Positions 38,605-48,614 of a stretch of 64,000 nucleotides of DNA are shown here, piece after piece. Both the position numbers and the translations under genes were made by a program. Each line of letters starts with the position of its first letter. The first letter of the stretch is position 1. The stretch lies in IMG/VR virus record IMGVR_UViG_3300017917_000400, positions 1 through 64,000 of that record; one strand, given 5' to 3'. The notes beneath the pieces were generated by a model. It was not told the DNA's origin. It saw only the letters and a list, made by a program, of their open reading frames with translations, and made no database searches. This stretch comes from a virus.

Positions 38605-41600
38605 TTAACCTAGTATTAGGTTCCAGAGATATGAAATTTCTTCCATGTAATCTGAGGTTACAGTTTCGCCCTCACCGCCCGCATTACCCCATGCAGTACC
38701 TGTCCAGACTTCAACATATCCTTCCTCAATATTGAATCTAGTTTCACCTAATTCAGGAGTTGATCGCTGTTCTGCCGTTGTGCCCGATGGCATTACGAAG
38801 CCGTTATTTCCTGAAATGGCTACGTATCCTAGTCCGGTTGTACTTAAAACAATAGCAGAATTTAAATTATTCTGTACAGTTGATCCAGTAATCGTGGTAT
38901 TTTCTATTTGATTAACGCCCGTGCCGTTTGGCGCAAAAGTAAGATCGTTATTAGTTGTTATAACAGTGTTTGTGTCAAATAGTGTATTATCTACCAGTAA
39001 CCCGTTAGTGCGTAATCGTGTACTGGTAATATCCATAGTTAGAATATTATCTGCTCTAAAATTTAACTCTTCGCTAGATCCTGCTGTTACTGATGTTTGT
39101 CTATCTAAGGAATATACTCCGCCAAAGGCAGCACCAAAGCCTTCAAAAATTCCAGTTATTGTGTTAAATCGAATGTCGCCCTGTGTAGGTATTGGGCGAT
39201 CTGCTGTAGTCCCTTTAGGCACTATTAACGCCGCAGTTGTGTCAAATTTTAAATTTTTGCCTGTGTTTGGCTGTATAAAGATATCGTCAACATTAGATAT
39301 TACATTTGATGTAAATTTTGTAGTTTCTAAAAATACTCCGCCGCCGCCGTTTCCTCGGAGTTCTAAATTGTTGTTTCCTACTGTAGTTGTAATATAGTTG
39401 TCTTTGATTAAAATGTCATTGTTATAAAATTCTTCAGCAGTGACTCTATTTACGGTGTTCTGATTAGTTGTTGTAATATTGCTTGTTACTGATAAGTTTT
39501 GACTAATACTAACATTTTTATTTGGTACAGAAATAATACCTGTACCTGCGGCGCTTAATTCTAAATTGCTGTTTGAATCTGTAGTAAAAAGTCTGTTATC
39601 AACAATATTAATGTTGTCAAAAAACGCATCACCGCCAACTGTTATTGTGCCAGTGTGCGAAGAAAAACCAGTTATTGTTTTATTTCCAGCAAGAACTATA
39701 TTTCCTAACTGATTTAGATTTCCTATAAAATCTGCAGATTGTAGTGTTGTTAGACCAGCAACGGTCATTGTTTGATCAAACTTAGCAGAATCTTTTATGT
39801 TTACAATACCTGCAGAGTTAGCACGTAATTCTAAATCACTGTTTGAAACTGTAGTTTCAATTATGTTATTACGAACACGAATATCGTTTATATTTGCTTC
39901 ACTGACATAGACGTCGCTCCAAACTTTTGATGCAGATCCTAAATCGTAGGTTTCTGTTGCATCTGGTTCAAAGTTTTGATTTAAAGATTGTGCAAATGTA
40001 ACAGTATCAACAGTTTGATTGCCTAGTGTTAATTGCCCATCAAGACTAAAATCTCCGGTAATATCAAGATTTTTAGCAATATTAACATTCTGTGTTAGAT
40101 TAGTACTTGTGCTTGCGGCTAGTAATTTTACGTCTCCTGCTAAACTTTCAATTGTATTGCCTGCAATCTTTAAATTGCCTGTAGTGATAAAATCTTTGTT
40201 AATAACTGTAACTTCTGATCCTGTGGTAACAGTCAGTCCGGTTGCACCAGTAGATGCTAATCCACTAGCATCAAAACTTACTGTACCTTGTTCAAAGTCA
40301 ACATAAAAAATATCGCCCACTCGGAATGTGCCGGTGTGATCTTGACTTTGATAATAAATTTTTCCAGAGTTTAATTCAACTGTTTCGTTGGCCTGTACAA
40401 CTAGGGTTTTATCGTTGCTAACATCTTTGCCTGTGCCTGTATAGGCAAAGTTATGCTGAATAAGATACATTAGCGTGTTTGCGCCGTCTGCTACTGCACC
40501 GTAATTTCCGTAAACGTTTGCGGATCCGATACTGCGAATTTCAGCACCGTATGCTAGTGTACTACCGTCTTGTGTTAATCTTCCAGTACCTTGTGTAGCA
40601 TATAATCCTCTATTGGCAAAATATGTAAATGAGTTTAACCATTCAACTCTAACACCATTTGTCATAGTTAGAGCATCAACACCGGGTGTGATAAATGTTA
40701 CACTATGGAATAACATTGAGGCTTCATTAGTTAGGTAAGTTGCTTCGCTACCGTCTACTAGTGCTCCACGACCTGCATCGCCGCTGGCAAATCCCCTTGG
40801 ATCGTCTACTGTGGTTGTTGTTCCCTGTGTAATAACTGTAACGTTTTGAACATACGGACTACGTGAAGTAACTGTAAATCCAGGAGCAAATCTAAAAGCA
40901 TAACCTTTGTCATTAATACTGTCATAATAAAAATCTTTAATAGTTAAATCTGATACTGTAGTTTCGCCATTCATATGAAACACGTCTTCACTTTGACTAG
41001 CAGTATCTGGAACAATTATAACAGAACGTAAATCGTGTCCACGAACAGCGACGCCTTGTGGTACTACCAGTGGTAGTAGTTCATAATATGTTCCTGGAAA
41101 AATTTTAACCGTGTCGCCCGGTACTGCTACACTTAATGCTTTTTCAATTGTACCAAACGGCCCGTTTTCATGATTGCCTTGATTTGTATTGTCGCCGTTG
41201 GTTGCTACAAACCAAATGTTTCCTGGACGTAGTGCATAATTAACACCGCTAGGTGTTTGCAGAGAAGACGTTGTTATTGAAGAACCATTAACTAAATTAG
41301 TATATAAACTGTTCCACCTTTTTGTAGATGAGGAACCTAATTTATACAAATTATCTTGGTCTGGGATTATATTACTGTTTACATCTGCGTTAAAATCAAT
41401 GTTATCATCAGAGTTACTACCAAATTGTATGTTTCCGTCTAATGTAATATCATTTGTAGAATGTAAGTTTCCAGTGACATTAAAATTGCTATAAACTGTT
41501 AATTGCCCTGTTCCGTTAGGACGTATTTCTAAATTAGTATTAGACAACGTTTCTGTTAAGAATGCATCACCTAAATCAATACTATCAACAAAAGACACAG

Positions 41601-42027
41601 TAGATGCTGAACCTAAATCTAATTCAGACAATGCTGTAATAAATGCATTACCACCGTCGATGTCGTCAAGTAAACTTCCGCTGGTTGTTGATATTACATT
41701 GTTATTGATGCTTATATCGTTTGTCTGTATTTCTGAAGCAAACACACGATCAACTGCGGTAATGTTTAGCGGCCCTAATGCTGTAGTAATTCGAGAAGTA
41801 TCAACAGTAATATCACCGTTGCTATAGGATAAATCAATTAGAAGATTTGTAGTTCTAATTGTACCTGCTACATCTAATGGTACAGTAGGCGACGATGTTT
41901 TAATACCTATTTGATTAGTGTTTACATCAAGGTATATTAAATCAGTTTCAAAGGCAAGATCAACCCCATCTCGTGTGAGGTTATCTTTGAGCATTATACC
42001 TGAAATTCTACCAATATCTGCGGGCAT
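38605..42027 (-). CDS. Fibre protein (~1140 aa), paralogue of 34261-38454 lacking LamG
   Basis: Likely start at ATG 42027 after GGAG (MPADIGRISGIMLKDNL.RDGVDLAFET); colinear with the downstream paralogue. Confidence 0.75.
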   Translation of the reverse strand: MPADIGRISGIMLKDNLTRDGVDLAFETDLIYLDVNTNQIGIKTSSPTVPLDVAGTIRTTNLLIDLSYSNGDITVDTSRITTALGPLNITAVDRVFASEIQTNDISINNNVISTTSGSLLDDIDGGNAFITALSELDLGSASTVSFVDSIDLGDAFLTETLSNTNLEIRPNGTGQLTVYSNFNVTGNLHSTNDITLDGNIQFGSNSDDNIDFNADVNSNIIPDQDNLYKLGSSSTKRWNSLYTNLVNGSSITTSSLQTPSGVNYALRPGNIWFVATNGDNTNQGNHENGPFGTIEKALSVAVPGDTVKIFPGTYYELLPLVVPQGVAVRGHDLRSVIIVPDTASQSEDVFHMNGETTVSDLTIKDFYYDSINDKGYAFRFAPGFTVTSRSPYVQNVTVITQGTTTTVDDPRGFASGDAGRGALVDGSEATYLTNEASMLFHSVTFITPGVDALTMTNGVRVEWLNSFTYFANRGLYATQGTGRLTQDGSTLAYGAEIRSIGSANVYGNYGAVADGANTLMYLIQHNFAYTGTGKDVSNDKTLVVQANETVELNSGKIYYQSQDHTGTFRVGDIFYVDFEQGTVSFDASGLASTGATGLTVTTGSEVTVINKDFITTGNLKIAGNTIESLAGDVKLLAASTSTNLTQNVNIAKNLDITGDFSLDGQLTLGNQTVDTVTFAQSLNQNFEPDATETYDLGSASKVWSDVYVSEANINDIRVRNNIIETTVSNSDLELRANSAGIVNIKDSAKFDQTMTVAGLTTLQSADFIGNLNQLGNIVLAGNKTITGFSSHTGTITVGGDAFFDNINIVDNRLFTTDSNSNLELSAAGTGIISVPNKNVSISQNLSVTSNITTTNQNTVNRVTAEEFYNNDILIKDNYITTTVGNNNLELRGNGGGGVFLETTKFTSNVISNVDDIFIQPNTGKNLKFDTTAALIVPKGTTADRPIPTQGDIRFNTITGIFEGFGAAFGGVYSLDRQTSVTAGSSEELNFRADNILTMDITSTRLRTNGLLVDNTLFDTNTVITTNNDLTFAPNGTGVNQIENTTITGSTVQNNLNSAIVLSTTGLGYVAISGNNGFVMPSGTTAEQRSTPELGETRFNIEEGYVEVWTGTAWGNAGGEGETVTSDYMEEISYLWNLILG

Positions 42028-42045
42028 GTGATTAGTCTCCAATAA

Positions 42046-42052
42046 TATTTAT
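42046..42052 (-). promoter_or_regulatory. Late promoter ATAAATA
   Basis: tatttat on the + strand, upstream of the Shine-Dalgarno and ATG 42027. Confidence 0.55.
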
Positions 42053-42082
42053 TGGATCCTGGAAGATTAAAAGTATGGGTGT

Positions 42083-42826
42083 TTAACGGTCAAAACCGTG
42101 GATTACAGTAACAGGCTTACCGTAGGGAACTGCGCTGGTAAATTCAACAAAGCGACCATCTCTAGTTACTGTAATAGAAACAGTTCCTGTGCCAACGGCA
42201 TTATCAGTAACAGTTAAACTTACACCCGGTATAACACCTGTAACTGTTCCCGATACGCCAGTACCAGACACTGTAGCGCCTATCATACTGTCAGTTGCTT
42301 CACTAGTAATTAGTGTAGGATTTCCGTTTGTCTTTGCCACGGATATAGTACTAACAGGATTATCTGCCAGTGTATAGTTTGTTGTTGATATTTGAAAAAC
42401 GTTTTCAATAAGCACAACAATATTTTGAGGATTTAATAGTTCTGGATATGGGTAATCTGTGTTGCCAGAGTCTAAAGGACCAAAGTAGATTTCGGCAGCA
42501 TCTCCGTTACCTAAATTTTGCTGTTTAATCAATACTGGTTCTTTATATCTAATTCTTCTCCATGCTTCTGCTACAGGCAATCCGGTAGCAGGATCTAAGC
42601 CACCACCTTGACGCACTTCAAATTCTTGATCGTCTGTGTTGTATCGCATGTGTCCAACTTTTGGACTAGTAATAGTTCCCACTTCGCCTGGACGATTTAC
42701 TGTAGGGCCATTAGGTATTAATACTGCATTTAAAGTATCCAACAAAACTTCATCTGTAATTTCAACAGCAATTCGATTGTCTTTGACATTACGATAATTT
42801 AATTGATTACGTTTTAAAAATTTCAT
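42083..42826 (-). CDS. Virion structural protein
   Basis: Likely start at ATG 42826 (TAATG overlap, MKFLKRNQLN). Contains P.G.T..RP...GHMRYN...FEV, also seen at the fibre C-termini. Confidence 0.6.
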   Translation of the reverse strand: MKFLKRNQLNYRNVKDNRIAVEITDEVLLDTLNAVLIPNGPTVNRPGEVGTITSPKVGHMRYNTDDQEFEVRQGGGLDPATGLPVAEAWRRIRYKEPVLIKQQNLGNGDAAEIYFGPLDSGNTDYPYPELLNPQNIVVLIENVFQISTTNYTLADNPVSTISVAKTNGNPTLITSEATDSMIGATVSGTGVSGTVTGVIPGVSLTVTDNAVGTGTVSITVTRDGRFVEFTSAVPYGKPVTVIHGFDR

Positions 42827-43164
42827 TAACTTACTCTCATCGCTGTTACAGATACGCTTAATCTTGTATTTGCACTGGCTTCTGCCCAAACTCTTTCACC
42901 TGTGGCTAACACTAATTTTTCTGTATCAAATGTAAATGTTTCACCTGCAGGTATAGTTAGTTCGTGTATAATTTTAGTTGTGTTAGATATTGTTGCTGGA
43001 AGAGGTGCTAACAGATATAAATCCAATGTTACATCATTAGTTGGATCATAGTTACAGAACATCATACAAGTAACAGCGTATTCTCTGTCGTCTGATCCAA
43101 TAGTGCCGGGAGCAGTATAAATCGCTAGTCCCGCAGTTGTTACTAAGTTACTTGTGATTGCCAT
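42826..43164 (-). CDS. Small beta-rich virion protein (110-aa family, copy 3)
   Basis: IYTAP...MMFCN...IPAGETF...EKLVL..GE. Confidence 0.6.
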   Translation of the reverse strand: MAITSNLVTTAGLAIYTAPGTIGSDDREYAVTCMMFCNYDPTNDVTLDLYLLAPLPATISNTTKIIHELTIPAGETFTFDTEKLVLATGERVWAEASANTRLSVSVTAMRVS

Positions 43165-43173
43165 TTTTTATCC

Positions 43174-44190
43174 TTAAAATATCATGCTATAAGCAAGAGC
43201 TTTACGTCTACTTATAAGCTCGTCTTTGGTGTTTTCTGTATTTACAAAATACAATCCGGTGCCACCTTGTGCTTCGGCTTTAGCATACATTTTAACACCG
43301 TTTGCTACACTTGCCGGATCTGTGGCTTGTACGTATAATTTAAAATGATCGTCTACTCCCACGCATCCGGTACCATCACTGCGTAATACTAAATCTTCAT
43401 TACTTAATCTACTTTCAATTGTAGCATTATAAAATTTTAAATCTTGTACTTCAAAACGATCTGTAAAGAAAGCCGCATTGACAACATTGTCTAATGTTAA
43501 TGTAAGATTACTCGGACCACCGTCTGCTTCAAAATCACTAATTTCTAAATAAGAATCATATAACACAGTAGTACCGCCAATAATAGCACTGTCCTGAATC
43601 TTATATGGAGGATTTAACGTAAAATAATTTCCAACATAGTCAATAACTGCTTTAATGTTAGGTATAATGTCTGGATCAATTGCTGGCAGTCCTGGAGCAG
43701 TATAATCTAGAACTTGTTCTTCGTAGTTAACTGTACCAGTTACATTAACTACTGCTGTGCCGACACCGATTAAATTTAAATCATATCCGTTGGTTGTAAT
43801 AGAGTTAGTCTGCAACCCCATAAGTTCATCGTTTTCATTTCTTAAAACAAATAAACCACTGCGTGTTTCGCCGATCTGAGTGTCATTCCAACTTCTGGCT
43901 TCATCAAATAATAAAAATGCATCCGGTCTTGACCCTCTACTGATCTGTATACCAGAACTGCCTGCTCCGCCGGGAGCAATACCGGCACCAACTTCTCCTC
44001 TGTTTAATAAAATAATTTTATCTTCTATTTCAACGTTGGCTGTTTGTATGCTGGTGGTATTACCTAAGACTGTTAGGTCTCCTGTTATAAGAACCGTACC
44101 AATTTGATCTCCGGTGTTTAGAGTAATCGTTCCGCCAGAGTTAACTGATAATTTATAGGCTGTATCCTGTACTTTTACTATTCTTGCCAT
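43174..44190 (-). CDS. Virion fibre/structural protein
   Basis: GDLTVLGNTT...IEDKIILLN.G...SGIQISRG fibre motif; ends ALAYSMIF. Confidence 0.6.
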   Translation of the reverse strand: MARIVKVQDTAYKLSVNSGGTITLNTGDQIGTVLITGDLTVLGNTTSIQTANVEIEDKIILLNRGEVGAGIAPGGAGSSGIQISRGSRPDAFLLFDEARSWNDTQIGETRSGLFVLRNENDELMGLQTNSITTNGYDLNLIGVGTAVVNVTGTVNYEEQVLDYTAPGLPAIDPDIIPNIKAVIDYVGNYFTLNPPYKIQDSAIIGGTTVLYDSYLEISDFEADGGPSNLTLTLDNVVNAAFFTDRFEVQDLKFYNATIESRLSNEDLVLRSDGTGCVGVDDHFKLYVQATDPASVANGVKMYAKAEAQGGTGLYFVNTENTKDELISRRKALAYSMIF

Positions 44191-44202
44191 TTATAATCCT
44201 TA

Positions 44203-44224
44203 ATAAGGGACCTAAGTCCCTTAT
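44203..44224 (-). other. Intergenic hairpin (RNA stability element or attenuator)
   Basis: ATAAGGGAC-TTAG-GTCCCTTAT is a perfect 9-bp stem between co-oriented genes, with only a weak U tract. Confidence 0.5.
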
Positions 44225-44225
44225 A

Positions 44226-44648
44226 TTATACTGCAATTAAAACTAATACGTCTGCTGACGAATCGTTATCTAAGTACCACTTGTACTTGTTACCGCTGAA
44301 GTCATATGCAAGACGCTTAGTTAGTTTAGCAATAGCAATATCTCCAGGTGTTTGACCTGTTGTAGAACCAAGGATGCGAATTTCTCCGTTGGCTGCTGGC
44401 TCGCCGGAAACTAGTTTACCTGTTTTTAAATTAGTACCAGTAATAGAACTAATGCTTTCTGCTTCTGTAAATGCATCTGTAGAAGTCTTTAGAACAACGT
44501 ATGTGCTTTTACCACGTTGCTTAACAATTTGATAGTCACTGGCTAGTGAGCCGCCAAAGTAACCTTGAACTACGATGCCTGCTTGTGATGTTGTAAATGA
44601 ACGGGTAACTTTAGTACCGTATACATCTTTCTTTAATGGACGTCCCAT
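44226..44648 (-). CDS. Hypothetical virion protein downstream of the major capsid protein
   Basis: 140 aa starting MGRPL; strong AAGGAG Shine-Dalgarno and its own CTAAATA promoter at 44733-44739. Confidence 0.6.
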   Translation of the reverse strand: MGRPLKKDVYGTKVTRSFTTSQAGIVVQGYFGGSLASDYQIVKQRGKSTYVVLKTSTDAFTEAESISSITGTNLKTGKLVSGEPAANGEIRILGSTTGQTPGDIAIAKLTKRLAYDFSGNKYKWYLDNDSSADVLVLIAV

Positions 44649-44743
44649 TTGTTTTCTCCTTATGTTGACGTTTTAGGTCTACGCAGAGGGATTCTGCATA
44701 AGTTCGCTACTGCGAATATAATTTAGACATTGTATTTAGCCGC

Positions 44744-44776
44744 AAAAGAAAAAGGACTCCGAAGAGTCCTTTTCTT
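44744..44776 (-). terminator. Rho-independent terminator after the capsid gene, with C(UUCG)G tetraloop
   Basis: Minus strand AAAAGGACTC-TTCG-GAGTCCTTTTTCTTTT. Confidence 0.9.
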
Positions 44777-44799
44777 AGTTCTAATTTAAGTAATGTTGA

Positions 44800-45966
44800 T
44801 TACTGGAATGTAGCATTAGAAATGCTTACAGTTCCTAGGTAGTCAGCGGCATTACCTAAAGAGCTTGCTGTGTTGCTTAGTTCAACATAACCATAACGTG
44901 TCATGAATGATACGACTGGTTCAAATGTTGCTGGATCTAACACAACGCCAGAGCTCATTAGAGGAATGTATGGGCAATAGAATGCTGCCGCATCACTCTC
45001 GCTTGAACCTTTGTAGCCAACTAAAACGTCTGCATTGTCGGCTGCGTATGTGTTTACATACACCTTCATTGCATTGTTTAGTGTACCAACAAACTTAGTA
45101 TTTGTTGGGGCTTCAAATGTACCTTCTGTTGTACGAGCAAATGCAGAAGTAGTTGCGCTTTGTAGAATTGTCAAAGCGTATGGGCTAACAACTGCCCAGT
45201 TACCTGCACCACGACGTGTACGCTGAGCGATAACGTTTGCGGCACGGTTGATTAGAACTGCCAATGCGGCATGCTCGTCACCAACGAATGTTGCTGTACC
45301 AGATACTGTTGCCTGGTCAAATGCTTGGTTGTTACCGTTAGAACCTGCAAGAGTTGCTAGGGAACCTAGAACTTCTTGGTCGATTTCAGCAGTAATTTCT
45401 TGAGCCAAAGCAGCCATGATTTCTGCTTCGATGTCAATACCTTGTTGGGCTTGTGCATCTTGTGCAGCCTCGAATGTCCAACGTGCAGACAATTTACGAG
45501 TTTTGGCTTCAACTGTTTGTTTCAAGATTTGAATGCTCATCTTCTTACCAGCAACACCTTCTAGTGCGGCTGTAGCGGCAGCGCGAGCTGTGCTAGATGA
45601 TGAGTTAGCAGAATAACCCTGAGCGATTGCAAATGGGCTTAATGCTTCTGTACCAGCGGCAAATTCACCAGCCTCTGCGTAACGAACACGTAGAGTATGG
45701 ATTTGACCAACTGGACCAGTCATTGGTTGTACACCAACCAACTCGTTAGCAATAACGGTTGGCATAACACGACGGATCACTGGGAGGATCACGCGGTTAA
45801 GGGTTGCGACGTTACCGGCAGAAGTAGCACCTGCGCTTGCACTTTCAGAAAGATACTTACGAGTATTCTCTAAAGTAACTCCCATGTTTGTGCGCTTGGT
45901 ACCTTGAAGGCCTTCTAATAGTGCCTCTTTAGTTTCTTGCCAGCGGCTTTCTAGTAGTTCTGACAT
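44800..45966 (-). CDS. gp23: Major capsid protein (T4 gp23-like)
   Basis: LPVIRRVMP...GVQPMTGPVGQI, VEAKTRKLSARWTFEAAQD, EITAEIDQE, FYCPYIPL, FMTRYG. Confidence 0.97.
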   Translation of the reverse strand: MSELLESRWQETKEALLEGLQGTKRTNMGVTLENTRKYLSESASAGATSAGNVATLNRVILPVIRRVMPTVIANELVGVQPMTGPVGQIHTLRVRYAEAGEFAAGTEALSPFAIAQGYSANSSSSTARAAATAALEGVAGKKMSIQILKQTVEAKTRKLSARWTFEAAQDAQAQQGIDIEAEIMAALAQEITAEIDQEVLGSLATLAGSNGNNQAFDQATVSGTATFVGDEHAALAVLINRAANVIAQRTRRGAGNWAVVSPYALTILQSATTSAFARTTEGTFEAPTNTKFVGTLNNAMKVYVNTYAADNADVLVGYKGSSESDAAAFYCPYIPLMSSGVVLDPATFEPVVSFMTRYGYVELSNTASSLGNAADYLGTVSISNATFQ

Positions 45967-45977
45967 TTAAATTCTCC

Positions 45978-47069
45978 TTATTTTATTCCAGCAAGGCGAC
46001 GAATATCAATGACTTCCGCCTGGCTTGTAGCACTACTAATGCTATGAGTTTCTTTATTGCCTGTTATTTCTTTTGCCTCGACAAGTGCCTTCTTCTTCTC
46101 CGGTGTGCTGCCACTCAAAACTGCTGGTAGGTACTTGTCAAAACTAGTACGTAGTTTTGCAGTTTGCACACTTTCTAGTAACTCGCTCATAATTTCTTTT
46201 TGGTCCTTAGATAAAGGATTTAGAAGTTCACTCATTACTTCTTTACGCTCAGCAGTTTCTTGTGCGCGAGCAACTTCTTGCTCTTTGCTTTCAACTAACT
46301 GTTGCTTCTCAGAAATAATGCTCTGTGCTTCTGCGAGTTTTTGATCTTTTTCTGCAATTACCTTTAGAAGTTTACTAGTCTCACTCTTTTCATTGTGTAG
46401 ACTATTTTGGTATTCTGTGGTAAATGCTTCAAAAATCTTGCGACCAAAGTCGTTTTGACGAGCTTGGTCAATATCTTCTTTAAGTTGATTAATTTCTGTT
46501 TCAAGACTTTGTTTAACAGTAGATTCAACAAGTTCTGCTGAAGTCTTGATAAATTTGCTCTTAAGTTGAGCAAATTGTTCTTTTGCTTCTTTGATAAGAC
46601 GAACTTTGGTTTCTGCCAAATCTTTCTTATCTTCGTAAAAGTCTGCAATTTCCTTCGCCAATGCTTCAACGATAAACTGCTCTAACTTAGCGAAATTCTC
46701 AGCCATGACTTTCTGATCTTCGTGAAGTTCAGAAATTTCGTTAGCCAATGAATGTAATACGAACTCGTTTAGTTTGCTTGAGTGTTCGCGAATAGCCACA
46801 GCATAGCGAGCTTTTGCTTCTGCTAACTGTGTACGATCTTCTGCAAATTCTTGGATTTCGATTGACAAACGATCTTCGATCATTGCATCAATTGCTTCGA
46901 TCATTGTTTGTTTGTCGTGTTCGTATTTTTGTGCGAATTCTTCGCGTAGTTGTTGAGTAGCCTGTTCGCGGTTTTCAGCGATTTTGGCATTCCAAGCAGA
47001 TTCGATGTCTGCTTTGATTTCCTCGGAAATCACATTGTTCTCGAATAATGATTTAAGTGCATCCAACAT
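45978..47069 (-). CDS. gp22: Prohead core scaffolding protein (gp22-like)
   Basis: Glu/Lys-rich coiled coil located between the protease and the capsid gene. Confidence 0.8.
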   Translation of the reverse strand: MLDALKSLFENNVISEEIKADIESAWNAKIAENREQATQQLREEFAQKYEHDKQTMIEAIDAMIEDRLSIEIQEFAEDRTQLAEAKARYAVAIREHSSKLNEFVLHSLANEISELHEDQKVMAENFAKLEQFIVEALAKEIADFYEDKKDLAETKVRLIKEAKEQFAQLKSKFIKTSAELVESTVKQSLETEINQLKEDIDQARQNDFGRKIFEAFTTEYQNSLHNEKSETSKLLKVIAEKDQKLAEAQSIISEKQQLVESKEQEVARAQETAERKEVMSELLNPLSKDQKEIMSELLESVQTAKLRTSFDKYLPAVLSGSTPEKKKALVEAKEITGNKETHSISSATSQAEVIDIRRLAGIK

Positions 47070-47081
47070 TGTGATTCTCCC

Positions 47082-47717
47082 TTATGATTGGAGTCCACCT
47101 ATTATTTTTAATAGGCTTTCTTTTAAGTATTGCTGTGCCTTTTTATCGCCTTGTACTTCTTGAGCTATTCTAAATGCCTGGTTACCGCCCCTGGTATTCA
47201 TGAGATGCTCATAAATTGGTGTTGGATATGCACCTGGGGCTGATGGTTGAGCTACTACATCAACTGTAATAATCTCGAAATCGCTCACTTCACCGGAACC
47301 GTCTTCTTTGACGTTTCCGGATCCGCGACTACTAACTCCTAACTTAACACCCGATTCCAACATAGTTTTCACTAATTGTCCCATTGGGGTTGGAAGAATT
47401 TTAAGTTTTCCATAACCGTTTGGACCATCCATCCACATTTCTGTGATCATATGGCTTACACGATCTAGATTAATTTTTAGGTCATCTGGATGATCTACTT
47501 CGCCGAGAATTGAATATCCGCCTTCTTTCTGGTCGTTTAGTGTTTTGACAGCCCTTGCGATTTCGCTCACAGGATACACACGCTGATTTGCGTTACGGAT
47601 ACCACCTTGGATAAAAATACCTTTCATGTAAAGATTTTTACCGTCAGTGCCTTCCGACTCCACAACCATCCGGGCTTGATCGAATGTTAAATTCTCTCTT
47701 AAGTAAAGATTACTCAT
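47082..47717 (-). CDS. gp21: Prohead protease (gp21-like)
   Basis: GIFIQG..RNANQRVYP, LGEVDHP, RVSH, GKLKILPTPMG, LGVSSRGSG, DVVAQPSAPGA. Confidence 0.95.
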   Translation of the reverse strand: MSNLYLRENLTFDQARMVVESEGTDGKNLYMKGIFIQGGIRNANQRVYPVSEIARAVKTLNDQKEGGYSILGEVDHPDDLKINLDRVSHMITEMWMDGPNGYGKLKILPTPMGQLVKTMLESGVKLGVSSRGSGNVKEDGSGEVSDFEIITVDVVAQPSAPGAYPTPIYEHLMNTRGGNQAFRIAQEVQGDKKAQQYLKESLLKIIGGLQS

Positions 47718-47739
47718 CTAGTTAGACCCTATATTAATC

Positions 47740-48510
47740 TTACTTGCTACCAATAATGCTTTTAGTAGCGGCACCGCTTTCGGCGGAACCTTTCTTCTCT
47801 GCGCCATGACCTTTCGCTACGCTACTTAGTTTTGTCGCATTTTTTGAACCTGGTGTATTAACATTACCAGAATTCAAATCCTTTGTTGCTGGGTTTAATA
47901 AACCGCCTTTAGTACCTTCGCCTTTGCTTTCTCCGCCTTTAGCGATGTTAGCAGTTGTACCACCCATATCGTTCTTACCGGCTACAACAGATTTTTTGTT
48001 GTCACCGTCGTCACCCATTTTTGGTGAACCAACTTTTTCTACATATTCTACAACGAAGTCTTCTTTAGTTTCTTCTTCGCCTTCTTCACCTGCTGGCTCT
48101 TCTGGACCTTCTTCGGCACCACCTGCTGGGATTTCTTCACCCTTGTCACCGCCCATCATTTGTTCAAATTCTGCGGTTAATGCATCAATGATGTCTTGTT
48201 TCATTAGGTCTAGGTCGCCTACAGTTGCTGGCTCTTCATCGCCACCTTCCATGTCGCCCATATCGTCCATACCGCCTTCATCGTCGTCGGCTTCAATATC
48301 ACCTAGTAGGTCGTCTGCTGGCTCGTCTGCGGCTTCTAAACCTAGATCTTCTTCTGTTGGTTGATCAAATGTTAGATCATCGTCTAACAAATTTTCATAA
48401 ATTTCGCGAGATTTTGCTACCACTAATTCGTGGAACAATTCTTCGGCTTTTTGTTTGTCTTCATTAATTAGATATTCAAGCATCTGCTCGAACTTTGCGC
48501 GATCAGTCAT
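47740..48510 (-). CDS. Acidic prohead core/internal protein
   Basis: Very acidic N-terminal two-thirds and G/K-rich C-terminus; occupies the position of T4 gp67/68 between portal and protease. Confidence 0.5.
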   Translation of the reverse strand: MTDRAKFEQMLEYLINEDKQKAEELFHELVVAKSREIYENLLDDDLTFDQPTEEDLGLEAADEPADDLLGDIEADDDEGGMDDMGDMEGGDEEPATVGDLDLMKQDIIDALTAEFEQMMGGDKGEEIPAGGAEEGPEEPAGEEGEEETKEDFVVEYVEKVGSPKMGDDGDNKKSVVAGKNDMGGTTANIAKGGESKGEGTKGGLLNPATKDLNSGNVNTPGSKNATKLSSVAKGHGAEKKGSAESGAATKSIIGSK

Positions 48511-48560
48511 GTTATTCTCCTATAAGTTGTGGGGCAATTCTGCCCGCAAGGCTGTCGATG

Positions 48561-48567
48561 TATTTAA
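48561..48567 (-). promoter_or_regulatory. Late promoter TTAAATA for the head operon
   Basis: tatttaa on the + strand, just after a terminator and about 50 nt before ATG 48510. Confidence 0.5.
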
Positions 48568-48576
48568 TATGCACAT

Positions 48577-48600
48577 AAAAAAAACCGGTATAAACCGGTT
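48577..48600 (-). terminator. Rho-independent terminator
   Basis: Minus strand AACCGGT-TTAT-ACCGGTT followed by a T run. Confidence 0.75.
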
Positions 48601-48614
48601 CAAAATACGAAATT

